Virus record (IMG/VR): IMGVR_UViG_3300029033_000070
Location: 1 to 16,297 of that record
Origin: a virus
Taxonomy: Duplodnaviria; Heunggongvirae; Uroviricota; Caudoviricetes
Direction: 5' to 3' (one strand)
DNA: 16,297 nucleotides
In this document: piece by piece, positions 1 through 6,108 of the stretch
Layout of the letters: each line of letters begins with the position of its first letter
How positions within the stretch are numbered: position 1 is the stretch's first letter
The notes under the pieces: generated by a model
What the model saw: the letters and a program-made list of their open reading frames with translations, nothing else
The model's database searches: none
Told to the model about the DNA's origin: nothing
Made by a program: the position numbers and the translations under genes

Positions 1-55
1 TTATGAATTCTGGTTAAAATCCATTCGATTATAAAAATGTATATCTCATGCTGTT

Positions 56-81
56 GCCCGAACCCACTCGGGCTTTTTTTT
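56..81 (+). terminator. Intrinsic terminator for a plus-strand transcript entering from the left
   Basis: Hairpin gcccga-acccac-tcgggc (56-73) followed by an 8-T run (74-81) on the + strand. It is convergent with the minus-strand terminator at 86-111. Confidence 0.5.
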
Positions 82-85
82 GCCC

Positions 86-262
86 ACAAGAAAGCCCCTC
101 CGGAGAGGGGCTAAAGCCGCGTATCTGTATCATCATGCACATGGTGCCGGGTGCCTCCCGGTGAGTTCAGCCCGGTGCCACTAAACCCGCGTCATTCTCG
201 TTTTGATAATCAGAGATTATACCGTCACCAGTCGCCCCTCCGCTCAGGGGGATTCACCATGC
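86..262 (-). ncRNA. Structured RNA-like element, copy 1 (candidate ~170-nt sRNA with its own intrinsic terminator)
   Basis: On the minus strand: 5' gcatggtg ... hairpin cccct-gagcgg-agggg ... hairpin ccggg-aggca-cccgg ... caccatg, then terminator gcccctc-tccg-gaggggc + TTTCTT (+ coords 88-111). Blocks are conserved with copy 2 while linkers differ. An extended -10-like TGtTAAAAA lies just upstream (+ 269-277). Short ORFs in the two copies are not conserved. Exact ends not determined. Confidence 0.4.
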
Positions 263-355
263 GAAATTTTTTTAACAAATGCCCAGTCTGACAGGCAACT
301 GTCAACTTACTGAATTGTGAGCAACATAGCATTTAACGGGGAACCTGTTTTCTGC

Positions 356-385
356 AGTAAAAAGGCCCACCGGAGCGGATGGGCC
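356..385 (-). terminator. Intrinsic terminator (minus strand) in the spacer between the two RNA-like elements
   Basis: ggccca-10 nt loop-tgggcc hairpin (364-385) followed on the minus strand by TTTTTAC (A-run 357-363 on +). Confidence 0.5.
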
Positions 386-573
386 TGGAAGGATAGCGGT
401 CATGTGATGCCGGTTTCCCGGTAACTCAGCACCGGTATCTGAGTCAACGTTTTCTCTACTGGGTCATTTCCGATACGCCCTGCCTGCTGACAGGCTTTCA
501 TCACATCTGAAAATATAGCACCCTGACTGATACTGTAGTACCCAAGGTTCCAGAAACTGTGATGTATCCGGCA

Positions 574-745
574 CAGAAAAGCCCCTCCGGAGAGGGGCTG
601 GAGAGTGGCGCTATGTGCCATTGCATGGTGCCGGGTGCCTCCCGGTGAGTTCAGTATCAGCACCTGAACCCGCACAGAAAGGATAAGGGTCGGTGACAAA
701 ACACCAGTTGCTGATTGCCCCTCCGCACAGGGGGATTCACCATGC
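574..745 (-). ncRNA. Structured RNA-like element, copy 2 (diverged paralogue of 86-262)
   Basis: Same block architecture as copy 1: closing helix catggtg/caccatg (+ 738-745 and near 620), hairpin cccct-gtgcgg-agggg, hairpin ccggg-aggca-cccgg, terminator gcccctc-tccg-gaggggc + TTTTCT (+ 575-598). Upstream TGtTAAAAG and TTGACT motifs at the same spacing as in copy 1. Confidence 0.4.
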
Positions 746-913
746 CAGTTTCTTTTAACAAACTCCCCGCAAACCAGACAACAGTCAACCGCCTGAATTG
801 TGAGGTATTTAAAAATTTCAACGGGTAACTGATACCCTGCTAATCGCCTGATGCTTTCTTTTTCAGCAACGGGAAAGCAACAACCACCACACCCACCAGC
901 CGCCCATTTACCA

Positions 914-942
914 CAAATAAAAAAGCCTTCACTGCGGAAGGC
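914..942 (-). terminator. Intrinsic terminator (minus strand) at the 3' end of the 65-aa ORF
   Basis: gccttc-actgcg-gaaggc hairpin (925-942); on the minus strand it is followed by TTTTTTATTTG (A-run 914-924 on +). The ORF stop codon lies inside the hairpin. Confidence 0.55.
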
Positions 943-1126
943 GTCTGTAACAACCGAACTGATAGTCTGCCAGACCCGCCATAACCAGCTGGGTCAGTAT
1001 TAACTGGCAGCGTTCGCGTGAAAGGTAAGTATTCTGCGCAATCTCCCCGACTGTCGCCGGGTAGGTGACGCTTAATTCATTAAACACCACTCTGGCGGTT
1101 TCTGTCATATCCTGCTGTTTTAGCAT
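929..1126 (-). CDS. Hypothetical small protein (65 aa from internal ATG), possible winged-helix/HTH fold
   Basis: ORF track 929..1216 starts at a GTG; the internal ATG at 1126 has an AAGGGA ~9 nt upstream. Translation MLKQQDMTETARVVFNELSVTYPATVGEIAQNTYLSRERCQLILTQLVMAGL... looks like an HTH but is not assigned to a family. Sits between two intrinsic terminators downstream of Q. Confidence 0.3.
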   Translation of the reverse strand: MLKQQDMTETARVVFNELSVTYPATVGEIAQNTYLSRERCQLILTQLVMAGLADYQFGCYRRLPQ

Positions 1127-1243
1127 GTCTTTTTCCCTTTTCCGGTTAACGTGACATACCAATAACTCTTGTCTAAAAAGCCAGCAAGCTGAAAGACAGG
1201 TATTCACCACCAGCACGTTTACTGTACTGATGCGATTTCAGTC

Positions 1244-1270
1244 ATAAAAAACCCGCCAGGCGGCGGGTTT
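1244..1270 (-). terminator. Intrinsic terminator immediately downstream of Q (possible tR'-like site)
   Basis: cccgcc-aggc-ggcggg hairpin (1252-1267) with a 6-T run after it on the minus strand (A-run 1246-1251 on +); only TTT follows on the + strand, so it is mainly a minus-strand terminator. Lies ~60-80 nt after the Q stop. Confidence 0.6.
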
Positions 1271-1327
1271 AAGTTGTGTGGCGTAGTAACCACTCTTAAC
1301 ATACTGACATACTTTTTGCGGACCGCG

Positions 1328-1720
1328 CTAATCATTTTTTACTTTTTTGGGCAGCCAGTCGTCCATCTCCAGCCTTACACCCAGCATCGACAGACATCCG
1401 TCAATAAATCCTTCAGCAATCTGCATCTCAATTCGTATTGCCTTTTCGCTCTTCTTTCTTGTTCTGGCAATCTGCCTTTTTGATATGCGCAGCAGATAAT
1501 GAGCTACCAGCAGCGAATACTCGTCCGGTTTTTTCTTCTTCAGGCGCGTAAGGCAGTTTTCGATGATAAGGCCGTCATCATCGCTGCAGGCCGGGCGAGG
1601 TTTAGCGGTGGATGGTAAAAGGCCTTTAAATCCAGCAGCTATCGGAGAATAGTCCACCCCGGCGTTACCACTTGCCGCCCATGCCCCCCAGCGTTCGAGA
1701 ACCATCTGAATATCACGCAT
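1328..1720 (-). CDS. Late-gene antitermination protein Q (phage 82/21/QuuD-like family)
   Basis: Translation MRDIQMVLERWGAWAA...LLVAHYLLRISKRQIARTRKKSEKAIRIEMQIAEGFIDGCL matches my memory of Q82-type antiterminators. The ORF-track start at 1735 is a TTG; the ATG at 1720 has GGAG 8 nt upstream, so 1720 is preferred (130 aa). Confidence 0.8.
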   Translation of the reverse strand: MRDIQMVLERWGAWAASGNAGVDYSPIAAGFKGLLPSTAKPRPACSDDDGLIIENCLTRLKKKKPDEYSLLVAHYLLRISKRQIARTRKKSEKAIRIEMQIAEGFIDGCLSMLGVRLEMDDWLPKKVKND

Positions 1721-1737
1721 CAACTTTCTCCACAAAA

Positions 1738-2727
1738 TCAGGACAGCACACCAATCGCCAGCGCGCGATCGATAAAACGAAATATCAGCTCCAGCTGGGA
1801 GCCATACTTCTCTTCAAATGCCACGGTATCCGCATGCAGCTCGTCGTGATGCTTTCTGCACAAAGGCAACACAAAGAGGTCATGCGCTTTTGTACCCATT
1901 CCGCCCTGACCGTGACCTATCAGGTGGTGGGGATCATCAGCAGGTTTTCCACAACATGCGCACGGCTGCGTCTTAACCCAGCGCGTGTACTTTTCATTAA
2001 CCCAGCGGCGACGTTTTGGGCGTAACATAAAAGACTCCGGCGACTCCGGATCCACTTTCAGCGCCAGCACCTTTTTCGCTTTATCCCGGATAATACTGGT
2101 GGCGGGAACCGAAGGCACAAGGTCACTTTCCCGGGTGACAGACGGCACAACCGTCTTCGGTAATCTCAGTACCTTACGGGCTGCACTTTCCGGTAAGGCA
2201 TCCGCCAGGTCATTACGAACCAGCCACCAGCACAGTTCCGGCATTGTCACAACGTGACTGTCATCAAAACCAAGATCACGGCGCACAACAGACAACACCC
2301 AGCGGGCACAGTTATCCGTTGCCATTGATTCCAGCCGTTCCGTGAACTGGTCACGGAGGAGATTGTCACAGTGCCAGCACAGACGGATTGCGCCTGGCGC
2401 GTGCCGCATTGTGGTCATGTTCTCGCTGTGCCAGTCGGAATGAGGCCACTGACAGCCCTTTTCACGAAGTAACCAGCTCTCAAGGCATTCCACGCCACCA
2501 GCACGACGGATCACCGCCTCATTGCGGAACACGGCCCGAACGGCAGGATCATCCGCCAGCGGTTGTGATGCCGCCGGAACGGCACCACTGGCGAAAGATG
2601 AATAACGCTCCGGCTCAGGCTCCAGCAGGACACGCCCCTGCATAAACAGGGGCATCAGCTCTGAACCTGGCCTGAACAATACGATCCCCATACGCGGGGC
2701 AATTTCAGGGGTCAGTAGTGCTCTCAA
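1738..2727 (-). CDS. DUF968-family prophage protein (YdfU-like) with C-terminal Cys/His HNH-like motif
   Basis: 329-aa ORF; C-terminal segment PCACCGKPADDPHHLIGHGQGGMGTKAHDLFVLPLCRKHHDELH resembles the zinc-binding/HNH-like region of DUF968 proteins. Start is a TTG at 2727 with GAGG 6 nt upstream (an ATG lies 13 codons in). Family call from memory. Confidence 0.55.
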   Translation of the reverse strand: MRALLTPEIAPRMGIVLFRPGSELMPLFMQGRVLLEPEPERYSSFASGAVPAASQPLADDPAVRAVFRNEAVIRRAGGVECLESWLLREKGCQWPHSDWHSENMTTMRHAPGAIRLCWHCDNLLRDQFTERLESMATDNCARWVLSVVRRDLGFDDSHVVTMPELCWWLVRNDLADALPESAARKVLRLPKTVVPSVTRESDLVPSVPATSIIRDKAKKVLALKVDPESPESFMLRPKRRRWVNEKYTRWVKTQPCACCGKPADDPHHLIGHGQGGMGTKAHDLFVLPLCRKHHDELHADTVAFEEKYGSQLELIFRFIDRALAIGVLS

Positions 2728-2736
2728 CGTAGAACC

Positions 2737-3252
2737 TCACAGCACAATCTGTTTCAGTTTCTGTACCGCTTTCCCCATATCCGCCATAGCATCAACAAAC
2801 TCATCAAATTTACGACTTGCCATTCCATACGCCTGGAGGATTTCCAGTTTCAGAGGATCCAGTTGCTTTTTAATTTCCGCACGATCATTAAATTTCTTCT
2901 CTGCTTCTTCCGCAGCCCTGATCAGCTCCTCAGCATGCCTGCGTAATTCATCCGGAGTAACGGTCTTTTTAATCACAACGGGTTCCTCTGTTTTTACTGG
3001 TATTTCACTATTTACTGCCTGATGTCCAAATTTAGGATGATGTAACGTTGTAGTTCTTCCATCATTCGCAACGACCAGAAGTCCACTGTCGCGGATAATG
3101 CCAATGAGTATCTCCTTATCCCTTTTATTCAGTAGACTGTACGCCTGCACTTTCTGTGATATCTGGGTCAGTGTTGCGCCTTCCGGCATTCGTTCAACAA
3201 AACGTTTAACCCTGGATAAAACTGGCTGCAGATGGGGTGGTGTAATTCTCAT
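2737..3252 (-). CDS. Hypothetical prophage protein (171 aa)
   Basis: ATG at 3252 with GGGAGG 8 nt upstream; charged, helix-rich C-terminal half; no family recognised. Confidence 0.5.
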   Translation of the reverse strand: MRITPPHLQPVLSRVKRFVERMPEGATLTQISQKVQAYSLLNKRDKEILIGIIRDSGLLVVANDGRTTTLHHPKFGHQAVNSEIPVKTEEPVVIKKTVTPDELRRHAEELIRAAEEAEKKFNDRAEIKKQLDPLKLEILQAYGMASRKFDEFVDAMADMGKAVQKLKQIVL

Positions 3253-3267
3253 GCTCCACGCCTCCCA

Positions 3268-4083
3268 TCAGTGAACGGTATCGAGCAGCTTTAACAGCTC
3301 AGGGAATCGGGATTCGAAGAAATGCGGCTGCGTCTCGCGCGGATTTGCAGGACTGGTGATGTTCTTGCCGAACATGCAGCCTTTCGCTGTCAGCGACCAG
3401 AATTTTTTGATGTTGTTAATCGCGGTACGGCTGTATCGTTCGCGTTGTTCAACGATCCCCAGCTTCGCCATCTGGTGATATGCCTGATTAGCCGTCAGGC
3501 GGATACCATACTGCTTCAGCAGTGCACTCAGCGACAGCGTAGGGCGGCTTGAACCATCTGGCGCATCAGCAGGTGCATCAATGGCATAGATCGGCATAAG
3601 TTCAGGAAGACCAGCTACCTTTGATAATTTCTGGTATGCACCAAGTTTCGAGGAGTTTGACAGATTTAGAGTCTTTGCTGCTGATTCAAGCAGAATGACC
3701 CCGGATTTAATTTTGTCGGATGTGGTTTCTTCTGGTGATGAATTATGAAGCGCATCAAAAGTACGTATCACTTTTAAGCTGAATGCCGGGCTGATCCACA
3801 TTGCATATGCATAGACCAGCTCTTTACAGACATACGTCCCACCATTGCGCCCCTGAATGGTGATGACAGGAATACTACGGGAATCTCCCGTAGTTTCTTC
3901 TTCCAATAATTCCACAAGAGCCTTCGTTTCAGGACGACGCATAAACTCGTGAACTTCCAGCGAACGGGAGGAGCGATTCTCACCAGCGGCAAGAAGAGCA
4001 GCTTTCTGAAGGTCGTTAAGACAGTAGTTAGATTCGAAGTACTGGCGCACAGAAACGCCATCAATTACAAGCAACTGATTCAT
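3268..4083 (-). CDS. KilA-N domain protein (antirepressor-like)
   Basis: Motif QGRNGGTYVCKELVYAYAMWISPAF is typical of KilA-N domains. The ORF-track start at 4095 is a GTG; the ATG at 4083 is preceded by GGAG 7 nt upstream, so 4083 is preferred (271 aa). Confidence 0.7.
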   Translation of the reverse strand: MNQLLVIDGVSVRQYFESNYCLNDLQKAALLAAGENRSSRSLEVHEFMRRPETKALVELLEEETTGDSRSIPVITIQGRNGGTYVCKELVYAYAMWISPAFSLKVIRTFDALHNSSPEETTSDKIKSGVILLESAAKTLNLSNSSKLGAYQKLSKVAGLPELMPIYAIDAPADAPDGSSRPTLSLSALLKQYGIRLTANQAYHQMAKLGIVEQRERYSRTAINNIKKFWSLTAKGCMFGKNITSPANPRETQPHFFESRFPELLKLLDTVH

Positions 4084-4139
4084 TGGTTTCTCCACAAATT
4101 TTTATCCACGAGCGGGACTGCACTCCCTTTTCGTTGATG

Positions 4140-4245
4140 CAGGATGAACTTACTGCGATTTTTAATAGTTATCAAGGATACACTGTTCATAAATACAGTA
4201 TCTTTAACGAGGTAATACCCAAATTTAGGGTGTTGCTCAATTCCG
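4140..4245 (-). promoter_or_regulatory. Promoter region with a consensus LexA (SOS) box upstream of the KilA-N gene
   Basis: + 4181-4200 cactgttcataaatacagta = CTGT-N8-ACAG with AT-rich spacer (tactgtatttatgaacagtg on the minus strand). Flanked on the minus strand by two sigma70-like promoters: TTGATA-17-TAAGTT (-35 at 4170-4175, -10 at 4147-4152) and TTGAGC-17-TATTAC (-35 at 4235-4240, -10 at 4212-4217). Confidence 0.5.
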
Positions 4246-4641
4246 TTACCGAGTTGCTAATTTGCAACTCGCTTTTTCGTACTTACTGATAGTGATCTCG
4301 ACCTTCCCTTCCGGGATAACCGGTCCCCACTCCACCAGCATTCTTTTCACCTGGCTGTCGTCTTCCCACACACCCGCGTGGGTCAGGGCGTCAAACAGCG
4401 CCTTGTTATAGTTGTCCAGATCGCGGATCCGGTTATCCGGAGGAAACAACACGATCTCCACTGAAGCAGGTGCCGACGTTGGTTTCGGCAGACGACGTAA
4501 CTGCTCAACTATTGCTGCACACGCCGCGCTCTGGAATTTTCGCCCCGCCGCGCTTATCAGGCTCTTACCAGCAAACGCCCCTTTGTTAGGGTGTCGCCAG
4601 TACGTGTTCACGCTGGGCGGAAAAGGCAGTATTAGCTTCAT
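4246..4641 (-). CDS. rusA: Holliday junction resolvase RusA
   Basis: 131-aa translation carries the RusA-family DLDN/DD signature (DNRIRDLDNYNKALFDALTHAGVWEDDSQV). ATGA overlap with the upstream gene. Confidence 0.85.
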   Translation of the reverse strand: MKLILPFPPSVNTYWRHPNKGAFAGKSLISAAGRKFQSAACAAIVEQLRRLPKPTSAPASVEIVLFPPDNRIRDLDNYNKALFDALTHAGVWEDDSQVKRMLVEWGPVIPEGKVEITISKYEKASCKLATR

Positions 4642-4964
4642 ACTTTCAGGCCCCTCTCATGTAACCAGTGGGTTGCACGCAGCCTTGCGTTTTCCTCACC
4701 GGCAAGCAGTGCGCGGATAATCCCGACCGCCTCGCTGTCGTCGTCCTTCATCGCAGTATGAAGCGTTATCCCCCGGGCCACGCCACGCTTTATCGTGATG
4801 ACGCCTTTTTTCTCCAGTGCGCGAAGATGCTCCACCGCTGCATTCACCGAACGGTATCCCAGCATGGTTGCCACCTCCTGATTGGTTGGCGGGAAGCCAC
4901 GTTCTTTCTGATAAGAAATCAGCATATCCAGCACCTGCTGCTGGCATTGAGTTAATGTCGTCAT
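4638..4964 (-). CDS. LexA DNA-binding-domain-only protein (no S24 peptidase domain)
   Basis: MTTLTQCQQQVLDMLISYQKERGFPPTNQEVATMLGYRSVNAAVEHLRALEKKGVITIKRGVARGITL aligns along its length with the LexA N-terminal winged helix (LTxRQQEVxDxIxxxxxxxGxPPTxxEIAxxLGFRSPNAAEEHLKALxRKGVIEI...RGIRL). Only ~35 residues follow and they lack the Ser/Lys protease motifs. ATGA overlaps at both ends. Confidence 0.8.
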   Translation of the reverse strand: MTTLTQCQQQVLDMLISYQKERGFPPTNQEVATMLGYRSVNAAVEHLRALEKKGVITIKRGVARGITLHTAMKDDDSEAVGIIRALLAGEENARLRATHWLHERGLKV

Positions 4965-5614
4965 GCCGCCATCTCCCTGACCAGTTTTTCCGCCTGCTGG
5001 CGAGCCTGCGCCAGAAATGCCTCACCACATGCCTCAAGTTCATCGCGCCCGATGTAGCTGATTGCCGCTCCCTTCCAGGTCTTGTCGAAAACAGCAATAG
5101 CACCAGCGAAGAAAGCACCTGTTGGCACCTGCTTTTCGTCTTTCGGGATAAACCAGGCTGGCAGTTCAAAACCAATACGCCCGCGAATAAAAGCAATATG
5201 ATCTGCATCTTCCGGCCACCACACTTCGCTGGTGGCCGCTTTGATCAGGAAAACATAGCGCCCGCCTTTATCACGCATGGCACTGGCATGCTTCATGATG
5301 TAACGCATGCCGGTGATGTATTGTCCCTCATGCTGACTGGCGCGGCTGTACGGGGGATTACCAAAGGCAGCACCTTTAAGCTCCGCAAGACGTTCTGACC
5401 AGTCATGTGCCAGCGCGTTGTCTTCCGCCGTGTAATACGCGGCACATTTGGCGTTATCACCGTCAGTAAACAGATCCAGAACAAACGGGCCAAACAGGGT
5501 GTTAATTCCCCAGAAAATGTTGTCCGGCGTGCGCCACTGATCGCCCACTTCCTTCAGTTCATGGGCTGGTTTGTTCCGTAGTTCCACCAGCGCCTGGCAA
5601 TATTTATTACTCAT
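4961..5614 (-). CDS. Phage DNA N6-adenine methyltransferase (Dam-type, orphan)
   Basis: Motifs WRTPDNIFWGINTLFGPFVLDLF and FGNPPYS (NPPY catalytic motif). ORF track starts at a GTG (5647); the ATG at 5614 overlaps the upstream stop (TAATG) and has a G-rich SD, so 5614 is preferred. Confidence 0.75.
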   Translation of the reverse strand: MSNKYCQALVELRNKPAHELKEVGDQWRTPDNIFWGINTLFGPFVLDLFTDGDNAKCAAYYTAEDNALAHDWSERLAELKGAAFGNPPYSRASQHEGQYITGMRYIMKHASAMRDKGGRYVFLIKAATSEVWWPEDADHIAFIRGRIGFELPAWFIPKDEKQVPTGAFFAGAIAVFDKTWKGAAISYIGRDELEACGEAFLAQARQQAEKLVREMAA

Positions 5615-6108
5615 TAAGCCCCCACGTAATTCCCTGACAGATACCACTCATCACCCGCTACAGCGCGCTTTCTGCTTTTCCGTAAGCACCGCTCACGACG
5701 CGCCAGAAAATTGTTTCGTTCTGGCTGGGAGTGGCTTTCACGGAATGCCGCCATCCACACGGTTGCAGCACGACGGTATAAGCCCCTGGACTCCAGTTCT
5801 TCCGCCTGGCGGGTCAGGCACAAAATCACCCGGGGATCGTTAGTGCCGACATAGAAATTGCGCACAGGTATGGTTTCAAGAACAGGTTGCAGTTTCTCCT
5901 CCTGCGATATCTCAGCCTGGTGTGGGAAATGTCTGCGTGTTTTCCCTTCACAACAGTGAGCCACACGGCCACTCTGACGTAACTTGCTTGCTGACTGCAG
6001 AACGCACTGTCGTGAGTAACCAGCAAAAGCATCCGCAATGTCACCTGAAGTACACCCCGGATGGGCTTCAATGAATTTCTGTACATCGTTCATCAGACTC
6101 ATGATCAC
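5614..6108 (-). CDS. PerC-like putative transcriptional regulator (YfdN-like)
   Basis: Segment LESRGLYRRAATVWMAAF resembles the PerC-family core motif; the 164-aa length matches my recollection of YfdN. Start is GTG 6108 or ATG 6102, both abutting the O-like gene stop. Confidence 0.45.
   Translation of the reverse strand: MIMSLMNDVQKFIEAHPGCTSGDIADAFAGYSRQCVLQSASKLRQSGRVAHCCEGKTRRHFPHQAEISQEEKLQPVLETIPVRNFYVGTNDPRVILCLTRQAEELESRGLYRRAATVWMAAFRESHSQPERNNFLARRERCLRKSRKRAVAGDEWYLSGNYVGA

Noticed and set aside
400-699. 99-aa minus-strand ORF spanning the 3' part of RNA-like element copy 2 and the spacer
   Set aside because: It runs through a conserved terminator hairpin and the non-coding repeat blocks; the equivalent frame is not open in copy 1; no SD.
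86-830. Tandem repeats as duplicated att sites or tRNA/tmRNA 3' ends
   Set aside because: The copies are diverged rather than identical, contain no cloverleaf or CCA-end features I can recognise, and no integrase is adjacent.
86-830. Retron msr/msd ncRNA (flanking inverted repeats catggtg/caccatg)
   Set aside because: No reverse transcriptase gene anywhere in the window; the elements end in intrinsic terminators and are duplicated.
1274-2257. Plus-strand ORFs 1274..1483, 1672..2025 and 1985..2257 antisense to Q and the DUF968 gene
   Set aside because: They lie antisense within well-supported minus-strand genes, have odd composition and no SD; typical shadow ORFs.
3774-5398. ORFs overlapping the KilA-N, RusA, LexA-like and Dam genes in other frames (3774..4064 -, 4412..4720 +, 4668..4955 +, 4696..5208 -, 4817..5398 +)
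   Set aside because: Each overlaps a gene with a recognisable domain; Arg/Ser/Pro-rich translations typical of off-frame reading of GC-rich coding DNA.
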